Below, one piece after another: positions 23,886 through 35,059 of a stretch of DNA of 64,000 nt. This stretch comes from Mobula hypostoma (lineage: Eukaryota), in the NCBI RefSeq assembly GCF_963921235.1, contig NC_086108.1, positions 23,932,001 through 23,996,000 on the forward strand, given 5' to 3'. Under the pieces are notes generated by a model. That model had not been told where the DNA came from. It worked only from the letters and a program-made list of their open reading frames with translations, and ran no database searches. Both the position numbers and the translations under genes were made by a program. Each line of letters starts with the position of its first letter. Position 1 is the first letter of the stretch.

Positions 23886-24039
23886 AGAAGAAAGGACCAT
23901 AGCTAATGTCAATCTGGAATTCAATTTACTTTTCCCAGGAGGAACCCAGATTCCTTCAAATTTAACCTAACAGAAATCTATCATTTGGCTCCAAATCTCA
24001 TCGCATCCTGAGGAGTCAAACATGGAGAGAAGAGCTGAT

Positions 24040-24240
24040 TTCCAAAGGTGAGGTGAGAGTCACTGCCCTTGACATCAAGGCAGCATTGTGGCATTGTGAG
24101 TTCTGGTAAAAACTGAAGTTAACAAGCATCAAAGAGAAACTCATTGAACTTTTGGGAGTTATACTTCCTACAATATTAGATGATTAATCATCCCAGCCAC
24201 ATGTCATTGCATAAATTCCTCAGGGCTGTGACCAAGGGAA
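24040..24240 (+). mobile_element. Degenerate CR1/L2-group RT fragment
   Basis: ggtgaggtgagagtcactgcccttgacatcaaggcagca = GEVRVTALDIKAA; a related piece lies at 23340-23465. Confidence 0.55.
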
Positions 24241-25621
24241 AGTGGTACACTGCCTGTTCATTCCAGCCAAGTCACCCACTTGGAAATCTATTGGCAGAAC
24301 TGCTGACTTTGCCACTGACACCTGTGTGTCAGAAATTAATAAACTAAAAAGGCTTGGAACTTTTATTTCCTTAAACTCAACAACTTGCTCTTGGAATGCT
24401 TTTGATTGCCATTATCCTTGCAGTTTTATAGCAGAGAATGATTGCAAGGGATGATGGAATTTTTAGAATACTTTGAACTGAGTTTACTTAAATGTTTCCA
24501 GATAACTCTTGGTTATTTTGGTCATTCAGTATCCAACTTTCCAATTGTTTTAACAGTCAGAGCAAGTGAAATGACCTCCACTGCTGCTGTGCAGATCCCA
24601 CAGTAATGGATGGATACGGTTTCTCTCCACAATCTCCCATTGGGGAACCATGAAGCTTAACAATAACTGCAATGTCAGGGCCATTAATTTCATTTCTCCA
24701 CATCAGTACATTAAACTGAGAGACTGAAAGAATAAGTGGAATAATTTAGATCTCATGTATATTTTTATACAAGATTTATTTGTACAGCCTTAGAGGGCGA
24801 AGAGGAATAAATTCCTGATTAAGTCTGATGAAAAAGTTAATTACTTGGCCAGTTTTATTAAACAAAAACATTTGAGAATTTACTTTGATTTTTATCTTTG
24901 AATTGGATAATAAAGACTGGTAGATGAGAAAGTGTCAATACACCTATTTTGAGGGGCAGTTTGCAGATTGACGTAGTAATCAAAAAGCACAGGTCTCTGA
25001 GATTATTAACTTCCAAATACTTCTAATCGGCAGGAGCCTAAAAACTCCTGCTAGAGTTTTCTGGAATAACTTCTAGGATATTGACGAAATGATAGAAGAA
25101 GTGGCAATTCAAAGAGACTGTCTGCCCTTTCCCGTTTTGTATTTCCAGCTCTGCAAGACTGGTAATCACTTCTACTTCTGTGACATGAATCAGCTCCCCA
25201 AAATGACTGTGCTGATGGATTCAAATTGGTCTGGTGCCTGACGATGATTGGCGTTACTCTATACTTTTTAAACGCTGAGCTCCATAACTGTGATATGTTA
25301 AAGTCTACTCATCAGGCACTCACCACTGATACGTAGGTGTATGCTGGCATTAACTGCATATAGATATATCTACTGGTGTCTTTGTCTCCTTTGATTCGAA
25401 GGAGCACTCTCCATTCATTTGCATTGAATTAAAATCTAGACACTACTGAAGACAAGGAAAGAAGATAAGGTAAACTATGCAGGAACTAGGGGCATGAAAA
25501 AGAGTTTTTCGAGATAGTTGATCGAAGGGCAGCATATAGCTTCACAGATGCCAATCCCCCAGACATTCTTAGTTGCCTGAACAAGTGCCCATTCATAAGT
25601 TACTGAAAGCAAGCACTGTGT

Positions 25622-26553
25622 ATAGATAGATAGATATACTTTATTGATCCCGAGGGAAATTGGGTTTCATTACAGCCGTACCAACCAAGAATAGAGCATA
25701 AATATAGCAATACAAAAACCACAAACAATCAAACAACAAAATGCAAACTGTGCCAGATGGAAAAAGTCCAGGACCAGCCTATTGGCTCAGGGTGTCTGAC
25801 CCTCCACGGGAGGAGCTGCAAAGTTCGATGGCCACAGGCAGGAACAACCTCCCATGATGCCCAGTGTTGTATCTCGGTGGAATATGGCCGGAGTCCAACA
25901 GCAAGAAGTTCAATATCCAGTCTACAAATACGTTCCTCGATCGTAATATGACCCGGATTGCACAATCCGTTGTTAACCAGAACAGTAAGCATCCAACTCT
26001 TTTACGCTTACCACTTTCAGTGCACTTCCGGTCAGCCCGAACGGTCTGGAAGCCATCCATGGAAAAGTTTTGATCAGTTATGTCCTCGTGCAGCCCCGTT
26101 CTAGTAAAACACATAACACTGCACACCTGAAATGTTCTCTGACACCTGGCTAGCGCCGTGAACTCATCCATTTTATTACCCACCGAACTCCTCTTCTCCA
26201 TAAGTCTCTGTTGTCTCGACCTGGTCCTCTTTCCTTGCCTTTGTGATCCCCCTCTGCATTCTCTGTGTGTTTTCCTCCAGATTTCAGCAGGGGTGTCCGT
26301 CGCTCTGTTTGCTAAACCCGGCCAGCATAAGCTCAATCAGCTGGTCCCTGGAATAAACAATGCGACCATGCTTCTGCCCCACTAATGAGACGTGTCCGAA
26401 TGTAACTATTTCCAGTGCTAAAAACCCAAATAAAACTCTCTCCACCAGCATGTTAGAGAGGGTGCAGCTTCAACGTGTTACCGTGAAAAAAAAATACGAA
26501 AAATAACGTAAGTTAAGAAAGTAAGAAGAAAAAAGTAAGAATGCATGCGCACT
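25622..26553 (-). mobile_element. Non-autonomous, internally deleted Rex1/Babar element, copy 1
   Basis: 5' UTR and N-terminal APE fragment (NKMDE...CSVMCFT...DGFQTVRADRK..ESGKRK; DIELLAVGLRPY) joined directly to the last ~30 codons (PPRY...FLPVAIEL..SS.GGSDTLSQ*), 3' UTR and (TATC)n tail. Confidence 0.9.
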
Positions 26554-27365
26554 GACGACCGGTGCATATACAGTGATTGACTAAGTGTGGAAGAGCATGC
26601 TGTTGAATCTGGACTGGTTTACATGGTTGATACACTTCACATGCACTTGGGCAAATGGACTTGCCTGTCAAGTACTGTCGAGAATGAAGAGAGCTTCCAA
26701 CAGATAACGTTAAGCCATTATTGAAGTCAGACTAAATGTATTAGGATAATGCAGCTTAAACATTTTATCTTAGGTACAAATCCATTCCAGAGGGAAGAAT
26801 GAAACGTTGTAATTCTGTTAATCTCTTGAAATTAGTCTCAAAGCATAAGGCTATAGGTATGGAAAATATGTCCTCTTTCTGGTCTAATAATAGATCCTTA
26901 ATTAATATTTTGCAGACACAATGCCAGCGAGATCACTAATTTAGAACTGAGCATAATTAATCAATCTCACAGAAAAGGCATGAGGAAGATGAACATTTTG
27001 AAACAGTACTTGAGATAAAGTTGCCGTCACAGAGCTTTACTTGTAACTAGCACAAACTTGTCTGCTGCTATTTGCAGTTTCAAAGGCCAGACAGCTGAAA
27101 GTTCAAGTAAGCCGGAAATGCTGGAAATATTCAACGGGTTAAGCAGCATCTGCTAAAAAAGAAATGAGCTTGGTGTTTCAGGTCAATGACACTTCATTTG
27201 TGTTGTATGTGGAATAGTCCAGAAACTTGGATGCATTTTTCAGTATCTTGAATTTTCTGCTGGATGGAGGAGGATAGTGCCTGCTCTTGAAATCCCAGCA
27301 GACACATCCAACCACAGTTCACTCTTGTACTGGTGATACTTCCACCTCAGTTATGCATATGATCA

Positions 27366-30300
27366 TGTGACGACATTAGTAGTGATCTTTCAAGAATTAC
27401 TAGATTCTGGATTGGTCCGAGAGGACTGGAAAATTATAAAAGTCACTCCACTCTTTAAGAAGAGAAGGAGGCAAAAGAAAGGAAATTATAGGCTTGTGAG
27501 CCTGACTTCAGTGGTTGGGAAGATGTTGGAGTCTATTATTAAGGATGTACTTTCGGGGTGCTTGGAACATGATAAAATAGGTCAAAGTCAGCATGGTTTC
27601 CTTAAGGGAAAATCTTGACTGACAAATCTATTTGAATTCTTTGAGGAATTAACAGGCAGGATAGACAAGGAAGAGTTAGTGAATGTTATTTACTTGGATT
27701 TTCAGAAGGCTGTTGACAAGGTGCCGTACATGAGGCTGCTAAACACGATAAGACCCTATAGCAAAGATATTAGCATGGATAGAAGATTGGCTGACTGGCA
27801 GGAGGCAAAGAATGGGAAAAAAGGGGGACTTTTGTGGTTGGTTGTCGGTGACATAGTCATAGTCATACTTTATTAATCCCGGGGGAAACTGGTTTTCGTT
27901 ACAGTTGCTCCATAAATAATAAATAGTAATAGAAACATAAATAGTTAAATAGTAATATGTAAATTATGCCAGTAAATTATGAGATAAGTCCAGGACCAGC
28001 CTATTGGCTCAGGATGTCTGACCCTCCAAGGGAGGAGTTGTAAAGTTTGATGGCCACAGGCAGGAATGACTTCCTATGACGCTTAGTGCTGCATCTCGGT
28101 GGAATGAGTCTCTGGCTGAATGTACTCCTGTGCCCACCCAGTACATTATGTAGTGGATGGGAGACATTGTCCAAGATGGCATGCAACTTAGACAGCATCC
28201 TCTTTTCAGACACCACCGTGAGAGAGTCCAGTTCCATCCCCACAACATCACTGGCCTTACGGATGAGTTTGTTGATTCTGTTGGTGTCTGTTACCCCCAG
28301 CCTGCTGCCCCAGCACACAACAGCAAACATGATAGCACTGGCCACCACAGACTCGTAGAACATCCTCAGCATTGTCCGGCAGATGTTCAAGGACCTCAGT
28401 CTCCTCAGGAAATACAGATGGCTCTGACCCTTCTTGTAGTCAGCCTCAGTGTTCTTTGACCAGTCCAGTTTATTGTCAATTCGTATCCCCAGGTATTTGT
28501 AATCCTCCACCATGTCCACACTGACCCCCTGGATGGAAACAGGGGTCATCGGTACCTTAGCTCTCCTCAGGTCTACCACCAGCTCCTTAGTCTTTTTCAC
28601 ATTAAGCTACAGATAATTCTGCTCACACCATGTGACAACGGTTCCTACCGTAGCCCTGTACTCAGCTTCATCTCCCTTGCTGATGCATCCAACTATGGCA
28701 GAGTCATCCGAAAACTTCTGAAGATGACAAGACTCTGTGCAGTAGTTGAAGTCCGAGGTGTAAATGGTGAAGAGAAAGGGAGACAAGACAGTCACATGTG
28801 GAGCCCCAGTGCTGCTGATCACTCTGTCGGACACACAGTGTTGCAAGCACACGTACTGTGGTCTGCCAGTCAGGTAATCAAGAATCCATGATACCAGGGA
28901 AGCATCCACCTGCATCGCTGTCAGCTTCTCCCCCAGCAGAGCAGGGCAGATGGTGTTGAACGCACTGGAGAAGTCACAAAACATGACCCTCACAGTGCTC
29001 CCTGGCTTGTCCAGGTGGGCGTAGACACGGTTCAGCAGGAAGGCGATGGCATCCTCAACTCCTAGTCAGGGCTGGTAGGTGAACTGGAGGGGATCTAAGT
29101 GTGGCCTGACCATAGGCCGGAGCAGCTCCAGAACAAGTGTCTCCAGGGTCTTCATGATGTGGGAGGTCAATGCCACCGGTCTGTAGTCATTGAGGCCGCA
29201 GGGGCGCGGCGTCTTCGGCACAGGGACGAGGCAGGACGTCTTCCACAGTACAGGAACCCTCCGGAGCCTCAGGCTCAGGTTGAATACATGGCGAAGTACT
29301 CCACATAGCTGAGGGGCACAGGCTTTGAGCACCCTGGTACTGACACCATCCGGTCCTGCAGCCTTGCTTGAGTTGAGACGTTTCAGCTGTCTTCTCACCT
29401 GTTCAGCTGTGAAGCCCACCATGGTGGTTTTGTATGGGGAAGGGGTATAGTCATGAGAGCAGGGTGGGGGACTGTGAGGAGGGGTAGGAAGGGAGAGTGG
29501 AATATGTGTTGGTTGGAGGCCAACAACAGATGGCTCATGTGTGGGATGGGCAGGGGCCACAATGTCAAATCTGTTAAAGAACAGGTTAAGTTCATTGGCC
29601 CTGTCCACACTGCCTTCCGCTCCTCTGTTGCTAGTTTGCTGGAACCCAGTGATGGTCCTCATCCCCCTCCAGACCTCTCTCATGTTATTCTGCTGGAGTT
29701 TCCACTCAAACTTCCTCCTGTACCTGTCATTAGCCTCCCTGATCCTGGCTTTCAGGTCACACTGTATTGCCCTCAGCTCCTCCCTATTTCCATCTCTAAA
29801 CACCCTCTAGACCCCTGCGGAACTAGGGATGTTCCACAGGGGTCTGTGTAAAGACTGCTTCTCGTCATGTTATATGTCAATGATTTAGATAATGGAATTG
29901 ATGGCTTTATGGCCAGGTTTGTGGTTGATGTGAAGACAGGTGGAGGAGCAGGTAGTATTGAAGAAGCAGGGAGCTTGCAGAAGGACTTAGACAGATTGGG
30001 GGAATAGGCAAATAAGTGGCAGATGGAATATAGAGTAGGGAAGTGCATGCACCTTGGTAGAAGGAATAATGGTGTAGACTATTTTCTAAATAGGGAGAAA
30101 ATTCAGAAATCAGTGGTACAAAGGAACTTGGGAGTCCTCAAGGCTAACTTGCAGGTTGAGTCGGTGGTAAGGAAGCATGTTAGCATTCATTTAGAGAGGA
30201 CTAGAATATAAAAGCAAGGAAGTAATTCTGAGGCTTGAAAATGCATCGGTTAGACCACACTTGGCGTACAGTGAGCAGTTTAGGGCCCCTTATCTAGGAA

Positions 30301-30597
30301 CAGATCTGCTAGCATTGGAGAGGGTCCAGAAGAGGTTCACAAGAATGATTCCAGGAATGAAAGTGTCAATATATAAGGAGCATTTGGTGGCTCTGGATCT
30401 GTACTTGCTGGAGTTCAGAAGAATGACAGCGATCTCATAAAAAACTATTAAATATTGAATTGCCTAGATAGAGTAGTTGTGGAGAGGATGACCAGAGGAC
30501 ACAGCCTCAAAATCGAGGTATGTCCCTTTGGAACAGAGATGAGGAGGAATGTCTTTGAAGAGAATGGCCTAATTATGCTCCTTATGGTCTTATGGCA
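27366..30597 (+). mobile_element. CR1 RT/3' fragment interrupted by a Rex1/Babar insertion
   Basis: NYRLVSLTSVVGKMLESIIKD..QSQHGFLKGKS (27367-27618); resumes at 29824 (tagggatgttccacagggg); ends cttatggtcttatgg. Confidence 0.88.
27853..29807 (-). mobile_element. Rex1/Babar LINE, 5'-truncated, RT largely intact
   Basis: KAAGPDGV..VLKACAPQL, NDYRPVALTSHIMK, DFSSAFNTI, LSPFLFTIYT, QKFSDDSAIVG, KTKELVVD, YKYLGIRIDNKLDW; (TATGAC)n tail at 27853. Confidence 0.95.
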
Positions 30598-30744
30598 TTC
30601 CTCATGCAATGGTCTTTTGGAGAATGCTTATTAAGTTCATGTTATTCTGAAGTATGCCAGCTGGATACAAAGTTAGCTTGGTAGAAGGACTCAGAGGGTG
30701 GAATACGAATTTTAACTTGGACAAGTGCTTGCTTCTAATTACCT

Positions 30745-31070
30745 CGATCAATGACTTTGATATAAATGTAAGTGTGTGGCCATAGCACCAGGGCAAGTCA
30801 TTGGTGATATTTACACCTAGAAACCTAAACCTTTCAATCATCTGTGCTCAATACCATTGATACAGACAGGGGCATGTATCCTGCCCTGCTGTTGGTGTAA
30901 TTGACTAGCTCCTTTGTCTTGCTGACATTGACAAAATGGCTGTTTTCTTGTTACTATGCCATTTGGCTCACTGTGTCATTCCTCTGCTCGTCATTGTTTG
31001 AGATCCAAACCGCTACACAGCTGTCGTCTGCACACTTGTAGATGGAGTTAGAGCTGGTGCTGAGTAGAGT
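30745..31070 (-). mobile_element. Old Rex1/Babar RT fragment
   Basis: ERFRFLGVNITNDLPW in ORF 30602-30841. Confidence 0.6.
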
Positions 31071-31514
31071 GCAGTGTTAACAGTCCAGGATATTACAGTA
31101 CTTATTTTTATTTCACTGAGCATGTCCTAGGCACATCAGTAATGATGTACTTACTTTTACAGTACAAAGTCATTGAGGGAATTAGAAGCAAACACTGTTC
31201 TCCTTTTTTTGTAGGCCTTTCTACAAGAATAAAGATACTTGTGATGTTTAATTACTATAATTAATTACAGTCCTTTATAAGGCCCACTTTTCTGGTTGCA
31301 GAGACGCACTGATAAGATTAATTTGGAAAGCAAACATACTAATCATCCACTTGAATGACTAAATGCAATATTGTTGAATTAAAAAATAAGAAGAATGTTT
31401 GTGTAACTGCTCAATCATCCATGTCTTCCAGTCTCAAAGGAAAAGAGGTACTTGTCTTAAACTCAGTGATATAAAGTATACCTGATTGAATCAGGTTTCC
31501 ATTATGGGAGCAAG

Positions 31515-31860
31515 AATCAATCTGCCGGGGGCACTCAATAGGTCAAGCAGTAGCGGTGTGGACTTGCTGATTTTTCAGGTTGAAACACTATATCAGCTCT
31601 GAGAGCCGAGAGTGAAGATAGCTAGTACAGTATAAAGAAGTAAGGAAAAGAGTTGAGACAGGGACCGATAGGTAATTGATGGACTGAGGAAGGAAAGGTG
31701 ATAACGGGTGGATTGAGCTTGTTGGGGAAGGGGAGGAGAGGAGTTGAGAGACAAGAAGCGGGTGGATGATGGATGGAGGCAGGCAAAATTAAAAAGCAGA
31801 TGGAGTTGAGAGGGGGAGGGGAGGATGAAGATGGAGACAGCTAGGAGGGAGAAAAGTGGG
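31515..31860 (-). mobile_element. Degenerate Penelope-derived 3' tail
   Basis: tctgccgggggcactcaataggtcaagcagtagc followed by the purine-rich block typical of the reverse-complemented Penelope 3' UTR. Confidence 0.55.
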
Positions 31861-33067
31861 AAAACTGAGACTATGGTACTGGGATTTTACGAGTCAGAAT
31901 CAATGCAGGAATGTGATACAAAATGATCAGAACTGGAATCTGATACATCAGCGCCGGAATATGATAGGACAGATTCCAGAGCTGAAATCTGCCCTGGGAG
32001 GCTGGGGCGGGCCAACAAAATGCTACAAAACATATGACTGCTGCCCTTCATGAGCCAGGCAGGTATCACCCAACATTTCCAAAGGGGTATCCTGGTATCC
32101 AGTGGCAGCACAGATGCATAAGATGTACCAGATTAACTCAAAATACCATTTGGCATTACAATTAATTACAAAGTATATTTGATCCTTCTCAACTAAATTA
32201 CCAGATATTTAACCGCAACTCAGATGAACATGATATCAGTGCCTCTTTTCTTGGGATTGTCAGGCACAATTCTAAAACTTGTCTTTTTGTAGGGCTTCCA
32301 AACAGCCAAAATAAAACTCCTCATAAAGTAAAATTACATACTTTTATCCCTTTTAAAAACCAGCTACAGAATTTATAAGGCTTTATTGGTCTCCTGACAG
32401 GTTCACTGGAGTTGACAAGAATTATTGCTTCACAGCGTCCCGCGCTGACAATGGCTGATGGTCCCCAGAGACCTTCCTTTGAGAGGTTGTCATCAGCACT
32501 TCATCCATCTGATCACATCATTAAACTGGAGGTCATGTTTAAATATCAAAGACAAAACGAACAGAGATGGCTTTAGCTTTGATCTCCAAAAAGGCATTAC
32601 TCAAGCAGAGCTATGAACTGTGCCTCAGTTAGCTTAAAATATGACCTTTATGTCTGGTGCATACTGTAATGCAATAGCCCAGTATGGTCTCCCTTTGAGA
32701 CAAAAGCACAATTATACCATAATCTACCCCCTTTTGTGCTTCATATGATCGACCATTATATAGGGCAGGAATATTAAAAGGCCTTTTAGCCTCTCACTTT
32801 CAATTTAATGTTGGCTGAGCTTGGCGTCATCTATTAGCCTTGCAATTTAATGGAGAGAGATGACCAAATGGGTGAACCTAACAGCCCAGGCAAAGTTACT
32901 AAACAGATTTGCATGCCTTCATGCATTTTTTCACTGGGTTATTCAAGCTTCTTCCTCTCTTTGCCAATTTTGTTCATGGTATTGATTTCTTATTCAAAAT
33001 AAGCATTTACATTTACTATTTTCTCATGACACAGGAGGCAATTCAACCCTCTCAGTGAATTCCCATA

Positions 33068-33432
33068 GGCTCAAAGGTTGAAAGGTACAATTTATTGTCA
33101 GAGAAATATATACAATATACATCCTGAAATGCTTTTACTTTGCAACCGTCCACGAAAACAGTGGAGTGCCCCAAAGAATGAACGACAGTTAAATGGTAGA
33201 ACCCCAAAGTCCCCCCCCCCACAGCTCCCCCTCCCACATGTAAGCGGCAGCGAGTAACAATCCCCCATCCCCCCACCGGCAAAACAATACATCGGCACTG
33301 CCACCAAGCACTCAAGCGTGAGCAAAGCAATAGCAAAGACACAGACTTGCAGTTACCCCGAAGACTTCACGTTTCTCCCGGTATTTGCATACCACAGGTT
33401 CTCTCTCTCCCTAATAAGGGAGGAAGAAGTGT
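33068..33432 (-). mobile_element. Unclassified retroposon 3' end
   Basis: Minus strand ends ...tctctgacaataaattgtacctttcaacctttga, a short-repeat LINE/SINE tail; inserted in a V-SINE-like host. Confidence 0.5.
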
Positions 33433-33529
33433 CTCCATTTTCCCAATTTTTCTAATTATTTCCTCTAACCCATTCTCTATCACATCACTATTAATGTCCC
33501 CTGCATTTTTCTGCCACCACCTACAGTAG

Positions 33530-33730
33530 CTGATTGGAAGTGTGGTGGCATCCGCACTGGACTTTGAGGCAAAAGGTCCAGGGTTCGAATCCGACCAGCT
33601 TCTTAAACACTTTCCATTCATGCTAGGTTGAATGTTGAGCTAGTAGCTCAGCCTCATAAAGAACAAACAAATGTTAAAGAAATGGCAATTGCAGCCCGAT
33701 ATGCCACAAGGCACTGAGAGGAACAACAAT
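33530..33730 (+). mobile_element. tRNA-derived SINE (about 200 bp) with 9-bp TSD
   Basis: Pol III B box GGTTCGAATCC (33582-33592), degenerate A box upstream, tail gccacaaggcactgagaggaacaacaa. TSD ctacagtag / ctacggtag (33521-33529, 33731-33739). Confidence 0.85.
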
Positions 33731-33799
33731 CTACGGTAGGGGCAACTTATAGTAACAAATTAACTTACCAGTACATTTGGTGTCAATATGGATGTTGTG

Positions 33800-34482
33800 A
33801 TGTTTCTAATGTGGTACTGTAGTGGGTAGTGCTTGTCGCTCTCACTTCCAGCTTCCAGCACTGGCTAGCAGCCTTGCGAAAAGGAGAGCTGAATGTGTAA
33901 GTCTCTCCCTACCAGTACATACTCTGTCCAACAGCAAGCCTCATGTAGTGCCTCCACTCTGGCGACACACGGACACTGAACTCCTTTCTGACTCTGTCCA
34001 ACAGCAAGCCTCATGTAGTGTCTCCTCTCTGGCGACACACAGACACTGAACTCCTTTCTGACTCAGGAAGAACCACAGAGGACAGGGAGGAGGTCTGGCC
34101 CCTGTACACCTAGCACGCAGGCCTACCGGTGTGTGAACGCACCTTGGTGCTCATGAACCAGGTCCCCAGCTGTGGGTAAATAGCCCCCCTGCCTTGTGGG
34201 CAGCCTTGGGAGAGGCGAAGGCTATGGGAGTCAACCCAGATAGCAAATCCGGAGTGGAGTCCCTAAGGTGGCAGGACGTAATTGAACATCCTTCCAGCAG
34301 TTCCTGTAGCCAAGCAAGTGCAAAAGGTATTGCTTTGTAAGCTTTCCTTTGGACTGTGCTGGTGAGGCCAAGAGAGGTATCTTGATGGCTAGGCATCTCA
34401 GGATCTCCACACCTTCCGCCCAGGCTTGTGATGATGATCATTATCACCCATTGTCCTTCAAGACGGGTGGATGCCAACCATG
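33800..34482 (+). mobile_element. Bipartite RTE-derived non-autonomous element
   Basis: RTE-type 5' UTR (gccttgtgggcagccttgggagaggcgaaggctatgggagtcaacccaga...aatccggagtggagtccctaagg) joined to an RTE-type 3' end (cccattgtccttcaagacgggtggatgccaac) with no ORF between. Confidence 0.65.
33921..34064 (+). repeat. 70-bp tandem duplication (2 copies)
   Basis: actctgtccaacagcaagcc...ctcctttctg at 33921-33990 and 33991-34060, 3 mismatches. Confidence 0.95.
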
Positions 34483-35059
34483 TTGTTATGATACGGTAAG
34501 ACTCTAGAACAGCCAGAGGAAATACACATGGCGATGGAGAGAATAGGCAATTCCACACTAATAAACAGAAGTCAGGACCACTGGGGTTGTGTAGCAGCAG
34601 CAGCACCAACTGCAGTTCCACTGTGCTCCCTGCATACACCAATGTACATCAAGTTCAAATTCAAGTTGATTGTCATCTCATTGTACTTCATACAACTAAA
34701 TGAAACAACATTCCTCTGGACCATGGTAAGTTTGAACTGGTCAGTCTCATATTCAAGAAGCCTTTAATATCTTAGCATTATTGACTCTAGGCTATTCCAA
34801 GAAAGTTAATTGCTTTGCTGGAAGGTGTAATGATATTGCTGAAAAAACAAACAATCATCCAAGATCAGCCAAAATGTTTACTAATTGTTGAATGCAATGA
34901 ATGTTCAGAATTCCAGCTGGCCAAACTCAAAATGCTCCTGGCTTTTACCTGATAATGCATTGTCACAAGAGATTCTCTTCTTTGTGATTCCTGATCATGC
35001 AATGGTTTGGGCTTCAGGAGGCCAATTGGCTCATTGAATCTGGGTCTGGTGAGAGGACA

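Noticed and set aside
33530..33600. tRNA gene
   Set aside because: The B box is perfect but no full cloverleaf is evident; it continues into a SINE body with tail and TSD.
33921..34064. Regular direct repeats suggesting a CRISPR-like array (also 38352-38625 and 62800-63260)
   Set aside because: Head-to-tail tandem repeats without unique spacers, in vertebrate DNA with no cas genes.
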